The notes under the pieces are model-generated. The model was not told where the DNA came from, made no database searches, and saw only the letters and a program-made list of their open reading frames with translations. Of a stretch of 64,000 bases of DNA, positions 38,519 to 47,833 are shown piece by piece; position 1 is the stretch's first letter; the number at the start of each line of letters is the position of its first letter. This stretch comes from Planktothrix sp. GU0601_MAG3. Its GTDB lineage: Bacteria; Cyanobacteriota; Cyanobacteriia; Cyanobacteriales; Microcoleaceae. The DNA lies in contig CP136572.1 in NCBI GenBank assembly GCA_035193785.1, positions 768,001-832,000 of the forward strand, written 5' to 3'. A program made the position numbers and the translations under genes.

Positions 38519-39259
38519 TTAAGTGTTATATAGCCGATAATTTAATTCACTAGCTAACCACTCTTTAAATAGTTTTTGTAGAATCTCTTGATAACGTTCA
38601 GGAGTTAATTCAGCTTGAATAAACTCCTCAACTAAGATTAAATGATAACCTTGGTCAGTTTTGACGGGACTTAATATTTCTCCTGGAGTTGCACCAAATA
38701 CAATTGCAGCAAAATCCGCTTTTAATCCCAAACGATAGAGTTTACCTTCATAGCCACACTTTTCACGACGTCGGGGGTCAATATCATATAAATGGGCGGC
38801 ATGATAGAAACTAATTTCTTCTTCTTCTATTTGATAAAATAATTCCCTAGCCAAGCGCTGATAGGGAACAATAATTTGATATAATGAAACTTGCTCAAAA
38901 CTCAAGCGATTTTGAACAAAGTATTTTTCAACATCCTTAGCAAATAAAGATTCGGCTAATTTTTGGGCTAAAAGACGTTCTCGAATTCCCGCTTCCCAGT
39001 CATCGGAAGTGATCATTTGGTCAGCTAACCATGCTAAGGTATCCGCCGCCTTTTCTAAGCGTTTTTCATGCCGTTGTTGGTTAGCTTGGTTTTGAATTTC
39101 TTCATCCGTTACAATAATACCTCTTTCCTCAGCAACTTGATCTATAACTTTTTGAAACAAAATCTTCTGATGAACTTCCTTGAATTCCAGATTACGTTTC
39201 AGGAAGCCAACAATTTCCTCATCACCAAGTGAGTCTTTGGAAAGTTGCACCATGATCAT
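38519..39259 (-). CDS. PpiC/SurA-like peptidylprolyl isomerase of cyanobacterial T1SS clusters
   Basis: ARELFYQIEEEEISF, CGYEG and SPVKTDQGYHLILV; cluster context. Confidence 0.85.
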   Translation of the reverse strand: MIMVQLSKDSLGDEEIVGFLKRNLEFKEVHQKILFQKVIDQVAEERGIIVTDEEIQNQANQQRHEKRLEKAADTLAWLADQMITSDDWEAGIRERLLAQKLAESLFAKDVEKYFVQNRLSFEQVSLYQIIVPYQRLARELFYQIEEEEISFYHAAHLYDIDPRRREKCGYEGKLYRLGLKADFAAIVFGATPGEILSPVKTDQGYHLILVEEFIQAELTPERYQEILQKLFKEWLASELNYRLYNT

Positions 39260-39280
39260 TTGTATTTAACCCCAACTCTT

Positions 39281-40965
39281 TTAGCTTAACATTAACAGAC
39301 TATTATAAATTATGGTGAAATCTGTTGGCGTTAGTGTCGTTTGTCCATTTACAGAAACTGTACCTAACACAACACCAAGAACTTCAGATTGACTATCACT
39401 ACCAAGTTTAATTACGGTAGCATCAAGACTTCCATCAGCATTAGAATCAAAGGTTTCTAATACTAATGATTGTACGATTAAGTTTTCCGGCAATCCAATC
39501 TTATCACCTTCGGCAGTATTAAAGTCTGTGATTATATCCGCTAAATTGGGGTCGGTGTTGGGGAAATTAGGATTTGTGCTTAAAACAAATATATCCGCAT
39601 CTGCTCCTCCTGTTAATTCATCTTGACCGAGATCACCAATTAGAATATCATCACCATTGCCACCGATTAAGATATCATTACCTTTCCCCCCTCTAAGAAT
39701 ATCTTGATCATTTCCTCCATCAAGAGTATCACTACCTTTGTTTCCTTGTAATAAGTCTGTTCCACTTTTACCTTCAATGTTATCTGCCCCTTTCAACCCG
39801 CGTATTGCATCATTTTTATTGCTACCAATGAGTTGATCATTTTCGATACCACCGAGTTGTGGTGCGCGTTCAATTTCAGAAGCTACAACGGTTAAAGGAA
39901 TGGGTTTCTGGACTAATCTGAATTAAGCGGGAACTAGAATTATTATTGTTATTTTGATTATCCGGTTCTGTGATTGCGGTTGTCTCTATCGTTGGTAATA
40001 TATCCGTACCACTAATATCAGCTACGTTTGCTTCACTAGAAGTAGTATCGGGAATAAAAACAGACTCACCACTATTTTGAAATTCTTCAGTTGGGAGAAT
40101 CATTATAGCTTGACTTTCTTCCCATGCACCGATGTCATCGAGAATAGCAGTGGAATTAGAACTAGAATTATTATCGTTATTTTGATTATCCGGTTCTATG
40201 ACTACGGTTGTCTCGGCCGTTGGTGATATATCCGTACCACTAATATCGACTACGTTTTCTTCACTAAAAGTATCATCAGGAATAAACACAGACTCACCAC
40301 TATTTTGAACTTCTTCGGTTGGGGAAGTAGCTGTGGTTTGAGTTTCTTCCTCCGCACCCGTGTCATCGAGAATAGCAGTGGAATTAGAACTAGAATTATT
40401 ATCGTTATTTTGATTATCCGTTTCTATGACTACGGTTGTCTCGGCCGTTGGTAATATATCCGTATCACTAATATCGACTACGTTTTCTTCGCTAGAAGTA
40501 TCAGGAATAAAAACAGACTCACCACTATTTTGAACTTCTTCGGTTGGGGAAGTAGCTGTGGCTTGAGTTTCTTCCTCCGCACCCGTGTCATCGAGAATAG
40601 TAGTGGAATTAGAACTAGAATTATTATCGTTATTTTGATTATCCGTTTCTATGACTACGGTTGTCTCGGCCGTTGGTGATATATCCGTACCACTGATCGC
40701 CTTTGCTGTCGCCTCACTAGAAGTCGCACCGGGAATAAAAACAGACTTCTGACTTTGTTGAACTTCTCCGGTTGGGGAAGTGGCTGTGGCTTGACTTTCT
40801 CCCCCCGCACCCATGTCATTGACAAAAGCAGTGGAACTGGAAACTAGAACTACTCCCGTGAAAATTCGTATTGGGGGAGTTAATTGTGGTGCTCGGAGAT
40901 ACTGTATTTATAAGATCATCTAGGGTGATGAGTTTATCGCTGAAACTTTTGTTAATGTTGCTCAT
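39281..40965 (-). CDS. Acidic Ser/Thr-rich repeat protein with C-terminal RTX nonapeptides, split at ~40841 and ~39905
   Basis: About four 75-76-aa repeats, then GGNDQD/GGKGND/GGNGDD and D.ITDF; frames join on removing one base at each GAAAC. Confidence 0.8.
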
Positions 40966-41095
40966 TTGCCATTAAAGGGAATAAGTTGATGTGATAAAAA
41001 TCTGAAAGTTCTTGAATTTTAAGATTTGGTACTTTTACTATTTTTTTTGAGCATAGTTATCAGACTCGATTGTAACCTAGTTATCTAGTCGTTGC

Positions 41096-41369
41096 TGCCA
41101 AAATGGCAGTTTATTCATATTTTTGATTTTTGACTGGATTAATATTAGATTAGGTTGCTTTGGGAGTTTAAAACCCCAAAACTAATCTGCCAAAATGGCA
41201 ACACAGGTGGGAAAAGCCTGGCTATATTGAGAACATCGAAGGAACACAAAGTTGTTCAGCCAAACAGAAAAAGATTCTGCCAAAATGGCAACATCTCCTT
41301 GTTAACCTTTGATAAATTGATAACAGAAAAACAAAATTGTTACCGAAAAAAGATTCTGCCAAAATGGCA
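41096..41369. promoter_or_regulatory. Four TGCCAAAATGGCA palindromes in a divergent intergenic region
   Basis: Exact copies at 41096, 41188, 41278 and 41357. Confidence 0.75.
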
Positions 41370-41444
41370 ACACAGACACCACAAGGCAAGCTAAATTAGG
41401 TAACAGGAAAACAAAAAACACTTACTTTAAAAAGGACAAAACCA

Positions 41445-41738
41445 ATGATTATTTCTGACCTGAGCTACTTGGAATCTGCTAACAATTCTGCTGTTGTTGG
41501 TGGTATCGCTGATCTAAACTATACCACTGATCTAAAATTCGAGGAATGCGTAGATATTTGGAAAGAGTTTGAGGTAACGGCTACTGTGGACGGCATTAGT
41601 GCTTTTGCAGAAGCCGATGCATACGCCGAAGGTGAGAATGCTCACGCCGAAGCACTCAGTTTCACCTTCAGCGAAGTTGACGGATGCGGTTATGGTACAG
41701 TTTCCGCTAGTGCGACCTCTTTGTCTATCTCCGGCTAA
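41445..41738 (+). CDS. Small protein with double-glycine export leader (putative C39-ABC transporter substrate)
   Basis: MIISDLSYLESANNSAVVGG leader, AAAGGA RBS, 77-aa acidic Ala/Ser-rich core; a C39 transporter is in the same island. Confidence 0.8.
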   Translation: MIISDLSYLESANNSAVVGGIADLNYTTDLKFEECVDIWKEFEVTATVDGISAFAEADAYAEGENAHAEALSFTFSEVDGCGYGTVSASATSLSISG

Positions 41739-41752
41739 TTCAACTTTCCCAA

Positions 41753-41890
41753 AAGCTGGTAGTTCCCTGGAGAACTACTGGTAATACGAAAAGCCAGTGG
41801 TTCTTTAGGGAACTACTGGTAATACTTTCTGATAAATTAAAATAATTATTTAAGCCGCTGAAAACTTGAGAACCAAGCTTTCGGCGGTTG
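41753..41890 (+). terminator. Three stem-loops 3' of the GG-leader gene
   Basis: CTGGTAGTTC/GAACTACTGG, CCAGTGGTTC/GAACTACTGG and CCGCTGAAA/TTTCGGCGG (pairing includes G-U). Confidence 0.55.
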
Positions 41891-42157
41891 TTATATTCCA
41901 TCCTTTAATATTTGCTACAAATACTTGATCGGGTAGCTAATCACTTTTTTCTATCTCCTATTCCCTATTTTCTTTCCCTCCCTGTTCTCGTTCGACTGGC
42001 TCACGGCTAACGACGCAGCCTGTTCCGGTGTTCCCTTGCCATCTGTAGCACTAATTTAATGATTTCATATCAAGTATTATCTAAGCCGCTAATCAAATCA
42101 CCACCTGCTTGTATAGGTGGTGATTGTTGTTTTCTAGCTGATTTGTTACCAAATGGG

Positions 42158-43316
42158 TTAAACGAAAGTAAATTGGGTCGGGTTGATAAGACTCAAAACA
42201 GGAGACGTTTCCTGACAGACCAACCGCCTGCACGATACCAATTAATTCCGTACCCAATGAAATCCTTGTATCGTAAATACCTACGGGTGCACCTGGAGTG
42301 GGAGTTAGCGACAAAGTATAATCAGTCGTCGTTCCCTTCAGCTGAATTTTATCCAAACCATTCTGGAAGTCAGAAATCAAAGCGAAGTCGCTATTGCCAG
42401 CAGATTTGTAGTAAACATAATTAGGATCACCGAGAACAAAAGTGTCTCTCCCTCTTAGGGTCGTTGGTACGCCAGATACATCGCCTCTATAACTATCAAC
42501 CTCAAAGGCTCCCGGAAGAGTGCTATCGGCGTTAACACCAATCAGAGTATCATCCCCTAAATTACCGACCGTGTTGTCATTGCCACTACCCCCTGTGAGG
42601 ATGTCATTTTCTCTACCCCCATCAATGCTGTCATTACCGGCACTAGCTACTATGGTGTCATTGCTATCCCAGCCAATGATCAAGTCATTGCCGTTGCCCC
42701 CATCCAAGTAGTCATTGCCGCTGAAACTGGAGGTGTTGGTGAAGCCACCGTAGATGGTGTCATTACCTTCGCTGCCAAGGATGGTATCATTGTCCCCGGC
42801 AATCCCAGTATAAACCCCGTCTCCGATGATTCGGTCATTGCCTCCGGCACCGTTAAGATCGTCCTTTCCGAGGCCGCCATCAATTAGTTCATTACCGAAG
42901 CCGCCAATAATCATGTCATCGTCTTCTTGTCCAATCATACTGTCATCGCCGCCACTACCGAGGAGTTGGTCATTACCCTTACCTCCAAACAGCAAGTCAT
43001 TGCCAAAGCCACCATTTAGGTCGTCATTGCCGTTGCCCCCATCAAGGGTGTCATTATCAGATCCTCCATCAAGGTAGTCATTTCCTTCGCCCCCATCCAA
43101 GTAGTCATTCTGGCCGTTTCCAAACAATTGGTCATCGCCATCACCTCCGTAGATGGTGTCCTTGTCTGCGCCTCCAGAGACAAAATCGCTTCCCCCTAAT
43201 GCAAGAATGCTGTCATTTCCACCACTGCCGAAGATGGCATCATCTAGCTCGGTTGATTTAAGGGTAGTATCAAGTCCAATAATGTCACCTAAGTAGGTTC
43301 CGTTGACCACTGCCAT
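42158..43316 (-). CDS. RTX/hemolysin-type calcium-binding repeat protein; C-terminus shifted at ~42208
   Basis: Many GGxGxD nonapeptides and no signal peptide; repaired end reads [21 protein letters not shown]. Confidence 0.9.
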
Positions 43317-43385
43317 ATATTTTACTTCCTTGTTTTAAGTCTATTGATTCTGTCAACAGCATAAGCAGATTTATGCTGTAATCCC

Positions 43386-43398
43386 TGCCATATTGGCA
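43386..43398. promoter_or_regulatory. TGCCA-TAT-TGGCA palindrome 70 bp upstream of the RTX gene
   Basis: Same half-sites and spacing as the 41.1-41.4 kb copies. Confidence 0.65.
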
Positions 43399-43659
43399 GT
43401 AATTTTCTATATAAATATTGCTGTTAAATCTTCATTCATAGCGGTTCTGAGTTGGGTGCAATACAGTAGCCACTACCGGATAGTTTCATCTGATGGAAAT
43501 GCGATCGCGCCAGTCCCAAGCACGGTCAGGGTATCTGACAACAAGCGATCTGAAACTATTCAATCAGTCACTGTACAAACTTCTGGTGATTTATCTTCTC
43601 ACCGCAATTCATCCCCGTTCACTGAACCGTATTTTCAGAGCAGGGATTCATGTTTATTG

Positions 43660-44986
43660 TTAAGCAAACATAAAATTACTGGCACTGAGTTGAGTGGAGT
43701 TCACACCTTCTAAGAGAATTTTTCCACCCGAACTAGAACTTAAAAGAGCACCATCTTGGGTATTGCTGATCTGGAATGGTGATGTTGCGATCCCTGCCAA
43801 TAAATCTGAGGCATTCATCGTACCCCATCCCAGCAATCCCATCTTATCTTCATCAACTTTGAAGTCTTTGATAACATCTAACTCCCCTGTGGGCAAGCTA
43901 TCGCCATTCTGGAACAGAAAGAAATCGTTGCCCTGATCGGCCCAGATCACATCATTGCCAACACCACCAACCAGGATATCATTACCCGAACCGCCAGTCA
44001 GGGTATCATTATCATCGCTGCCATAAAGTTTATCGTTTCCGTAACCACCGTCCAACTTATCCTTGCCTGAACCACCTTCAAGGATATCATCGCCTTCTTC
44101 CCCATGAATTTGATCGTCTCCCAGGCTGCCATATATTTTGTCTGCGTTGTTGTTTCCCTTTATTTGATGATCGCCCTCTTTGCCTTTGGTCGTCTTACCG
44201 TCTGCGTCTTTAGTTCCGTCTATTTTATCATTCCAGATTGTGCCATAGGTGACATCTGAACCTAGTTTACCAATAGCAGTATCCTGCTTAAATTTAGTGT
44301 CACTGATATTGAGTTCCACTATGGTTATGTTTGTATTGCTGTTAAACTGTCTCTGATATGTACCTCCAGCCGTGCCTGTGACCAAATCTACATCATTGTT
44401 GCCATCAATGTCAGTGGTGGGATTGTACTCAGTAATGGTAACGCGGTTATTGTCGCGAGAATATCTCAACTTCAGATCGCCAATTTGCTCAGAAGGGATT
44501 AACTGCCCGCTCATGCCAAAATAATCTAATGCTTTCGGCTTTTGGGTATCGGAGGTGTCTAAGATGAGGAAAGAGGTTTTTCCCTCAGCCTGGTTATATT
44601 CAGCTTCAGGATTTTCAATTTCTTTAGCGTTGAGTTGTAACCCCGCAGTAAAATCGAAAGAGAAGGTTTGATCCGCACCGACAGAAAAACTAGCAATCAC
44701 TTTAGCTTCACTGCTAGAAACTTCCCTGAGATGCTCCACCAATACCAATTACAGCACTGTCCGTAAATAGAGCCGAGAAATTTGGGTCATTGCTAAAAAC
44801 AGCTTGGGCATCAGCAATCGCAGCCGATACCCCACCGTTGACTAAGGTCTCTGTCTCGGAGGCAGTCAAAATTCCTGAAGCCGTTTGACTATAATTGTAA
44901 AAAACAGCCCCTCCAGCAGCACTCGCATAATTAGGCTGAGGATAATCAAGGGAAGAAATTGGTTGCAGAAACAGAGTATCAGGCAT
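43660..44986 (-). CDS. Unnamed beta-rich domain + RTX repeats, split at ~44718
   Basis: N-terminal domain aligns by eye with the 37625 PEP-CTERM protein; GGSGKD/GGYGND/GGSGND repeats; ends ASNFMFA. Confidence 0.85.
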
Positions 44987-45164
44987 GGTATTATAAGTTG
45001 GTTAGTTTTTGGCAGAATTAATACATTGGGCTTTTGTTGCCAGAGGGATAACGATTTTTCAGGAATTTGATTGTTCTATTTTCTATTACATAGAATCGGA
45101 AAAAAGGAAGTTTTAATTTATCTCAAAAAAAATTTTTAAACTTGGTCGAAAAATTTGATTAAGT

Positions 45165-45554
45165 TTAGTCCAGTTTCCAAGGGTTGGGGAGGTTTTCGAC
45201 AACCTCTAAATGCCGAAATCCTCCCGAAACCCCTCGACTCAATTCAGGAATAGGCTCCAAATAGGTTAAGTCCCGAACTTTGCCAGCCCCAGAAGTTGTA
45301 GTCTGGGTGTTAAGACTTGACTTAACAGATGTTGTATTGCTTTGAGACTGAGAATTAGAATTATTATCCTTAGTTAGTCGGTTATAGGTGCGATAGGGAA
45401 TATAATGCAGTGGATTATACCCGGCAAAACGCAAAATTAAAACACAAGCCCAAGAATATTTTCCCGATAAAATTGCATCTATGATTTGTTCAAATTGTTC
45501 TTCACTCATCGCCTTAGCGACTTTCGAGTTATTGTAAGAATATTGAGCAGACAT
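45165..45554 (-). CDS. HetP-family protein
   Basis: [45 protein letters not shown] is the HetP-family core. Confidence 0.88.
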   Translation of the reverse strand: MSAQYSYNNSKVAKAMSEEQFEQIIDAILSGKYSWACVLILRFAGYNPLHYIPYRTYNRLTKDNNSNSQSQSNTTSVKSSLNTQTTTSGAGKVRDLTYLEPIPELSRGVSGGFRHLEVVENLPNPWKLD

Positions 45555-45584
45555 TTGGTTTACTCCTAATTGGTAAATAGTGTT

Positions 45585-47262
45585 CTACAAATCGATGCCA
45601 TTTTTCTGCAATTGCAGAATGGGATTCAGTAGAATATCCATAATCCGACGACGATGAATGATAATATCTGCACTAGCCGTTTGTCCAGATTTTAACTGAA
45701 TTTTCTGATCCTGTTGCAAAACATAGTCTTTTTTTAAGACAATCTCTAATTTGTAAACTAGCCCAACTGTTTGATCGACTTTTGTATCGGGTGAAATTGA
45801 GCGAACTGTGCCTTCAAATACCCCATAATTTTGATAGGGATAAGCATCAAATTTGACTTTAACTGACATTCCCGTTTTCACAAATCCAGCTTTGTCATTC
45901 GGGAGACTAGCAGTTAAAATTAGGGGGGCATTTTTGGGCGTAATTTCAGCCACGGTTTGTCCCGGTTGAATCACTTCTCCCACATTAAACACATTCAAGG
46001 CAGAAATAACTCCATCAATGGGAGAATAGAGGTATCTGTCTTGAAGTTTGGCTTCAGCCATTGTAATTAAATTTTGGGTTTCCGTAATTTTGGCTTGGAA
46101 TTGAGTTACTTCTAACTCGGTTTGTTGAATTTTTTGCTGGGTTGCGACTTGAATTGTTTTGGCTTCCGCTTGTTTCTGGGCTAATTCCGCATTTAATCGT
46201 TCAATTTCAACTTGAGATTGTTTTAATTCTCCTTGAGATTGGGTGATTAATCTTTGTCGATCTCGGAAACTTTGTTCCGCTTGAAAAATCTGTGATTGGG
46301 TACTATTTTTTTCTGATAATTGAGCCTGAACAATGCCCCTTTGTTGATCCCGCAGATTTTGTTCGGCTTGAAACAATAGGTCTTTAGAAATAGCACCACT
46401 TTCTAATAGGGGTTGTAGCCGTTCTAGTCTTTCTCTAGCCGCCGATTCTCCTTCCTGCAATTTTTCAATTAGGCTTTGGGTTTCTGCTTTTAAGGGTTGT
46501 AAAGATTCAACCCGTTTTTCAGTCGCTGACGCTTCAAAATTGAGTTGACTTAGTAATCGCTGATTAGATGCAATTTGGCTTTGGACTCGTTCGATACTAG
46601 CCTGTTGAGATTGAAGTTGGGCGGTGGCGATCGCGGCTTGGGTTTGGGCTTCTAAATCAATCCGTTCAAGTAACCCTTGTTTTTGAATCAGTTCGGCTTT
46701 AAAGGCGGTGAGTTGTTGTTGTAGTCGTGCTAATTCTTGAGTGGCAATTTGTCGATCTAGTTCGGCTAAAACCTGACCTTTTTTGACAGTTTGCCCTTCT
46801 TTAATTGGAATTCGAGAAACTTTTCCCAACTCAACGGTATGGATTTTGTAAACTTCCCCTTGGGGTGCTAATTTACCTCTGGCTTGACCGACTTCATCAA
46901 CGGTTCCGAAATATCCCCAAGCGCCAAAGGCGATACAAAAAATAAATCCTCCTAACATTAATTGCAGGGGAAAAGATGCCGGGGGTTGATCCAGTAGGGA
47001 CTGTAAGGCATTTGACCAGTCTGGTTTTGCCGTTGGAACACTAGCTGGAGGAGGAGATTTTTTGGGGACTGTTTGGGGGGGAGCCAGGGGAGGAAAGGGA
47101 ACAGAAACCAGCAATACCGCCATAAATCTGGTCGGTTTGTTCTATGTGTTCCAGACTAAATTGCAGATCCTCTAAGTATTCCTCCTGCACCGTTACAGAC
47201 AATTGGGAGTCTGAATCATCAGCGTTTTTACTGGGAGGGGAGAACAGTTTGTACGGTTTCAT
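45585..47262 (-). CDS. HlyD-family membrane fusion protein, split at ~47105
   Basis: TM helix, VKKGQVL, long coiled coil, SPIDG and VKFDAYPYQNYG. Confidence 0.92.
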
Positions 47263-47523
47263 AGGGTGATGTAAAAACTAGCCAACAAAGGTTGGTGTTT
47301 TAATTGTTTTTTTTAAAATGAAATTAGATGGAACCGGAAAACAGTGATATTAAATCAACTGTTAACAAAAGGCAGCGACCGATTGGTGCTAATTCAACTA
47401 ACTACCGCACGCAAACACCCTACAATCAGTCTCTAGGGTTTAAGTGATCCCACGTTTAGGCTAGTGTTCTTGTTTCTATCAAAATCCTCTGTATTTATAC
47501 TAGGGTAATTTATAATTTGAGAC

Positions 47524-47536
47524 TGCCAGATTGGCA
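47524..47536. promoter_or_regulatory. TGCCA-GAT-TGGCA palindrome upstream of hlyD-hetP
   Basis: Same half-sites and spacing as the other island copies. Confidence 0.6.
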
Positions 47537-47653
47537 TATTTTTGTGAAAAGTTTTGTTAACAGAGGAGATCGGAGAAGATGAAAGTAGGGTTTGGGGCTG
47601 TTTAATTTTTGATTAAAAATTCAGAGCCCCCTAAATCTCCCCCCCTGCCTCCC

Positions 47654-47797
47654 CAGGGCTGTTTCATTCTTTGTAGGGGCAATCCCCCCGTGGTTGCCCC
47701 AATCCCTGAAACGCCTGCAAATCTGGGATGGGGAGGGTAGGCACGGGGGGCACTACCCCTACAAAACCCGGGTTTCCCTGAGAATGAAACAGCCCTG
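47654..47797. mobile_element. 144-bp MITE with perfect 17-bp terminal inverted repeats
   Basis: CAGGGCTGTTTCATTCT ... AGAATGAAACAGCCCTG, CCC on both flanks, and an internal TTGTAGGGG...CCCCTACAA REP-like unit. Confidence 0.75.
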
Positions 47798-47833
47798 CCC
47801 CTGCCCCCCGGGGATCTAGGTGCTTAGTGAAGG

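Noticed and set aside
41155..41394. 79-aa ORF with CQNGN repeats
   Set aside because: The DNA repeat is read in different frames (CQNGN versus LPKWQ), so conservation is at DNA level; TTG start without a clear RBS
42059..43936. Several plus-strand ORFs opposite the RTX genes
   Set aside because: Antisense shadows of repetitive coding sequence with no recognisable motifs
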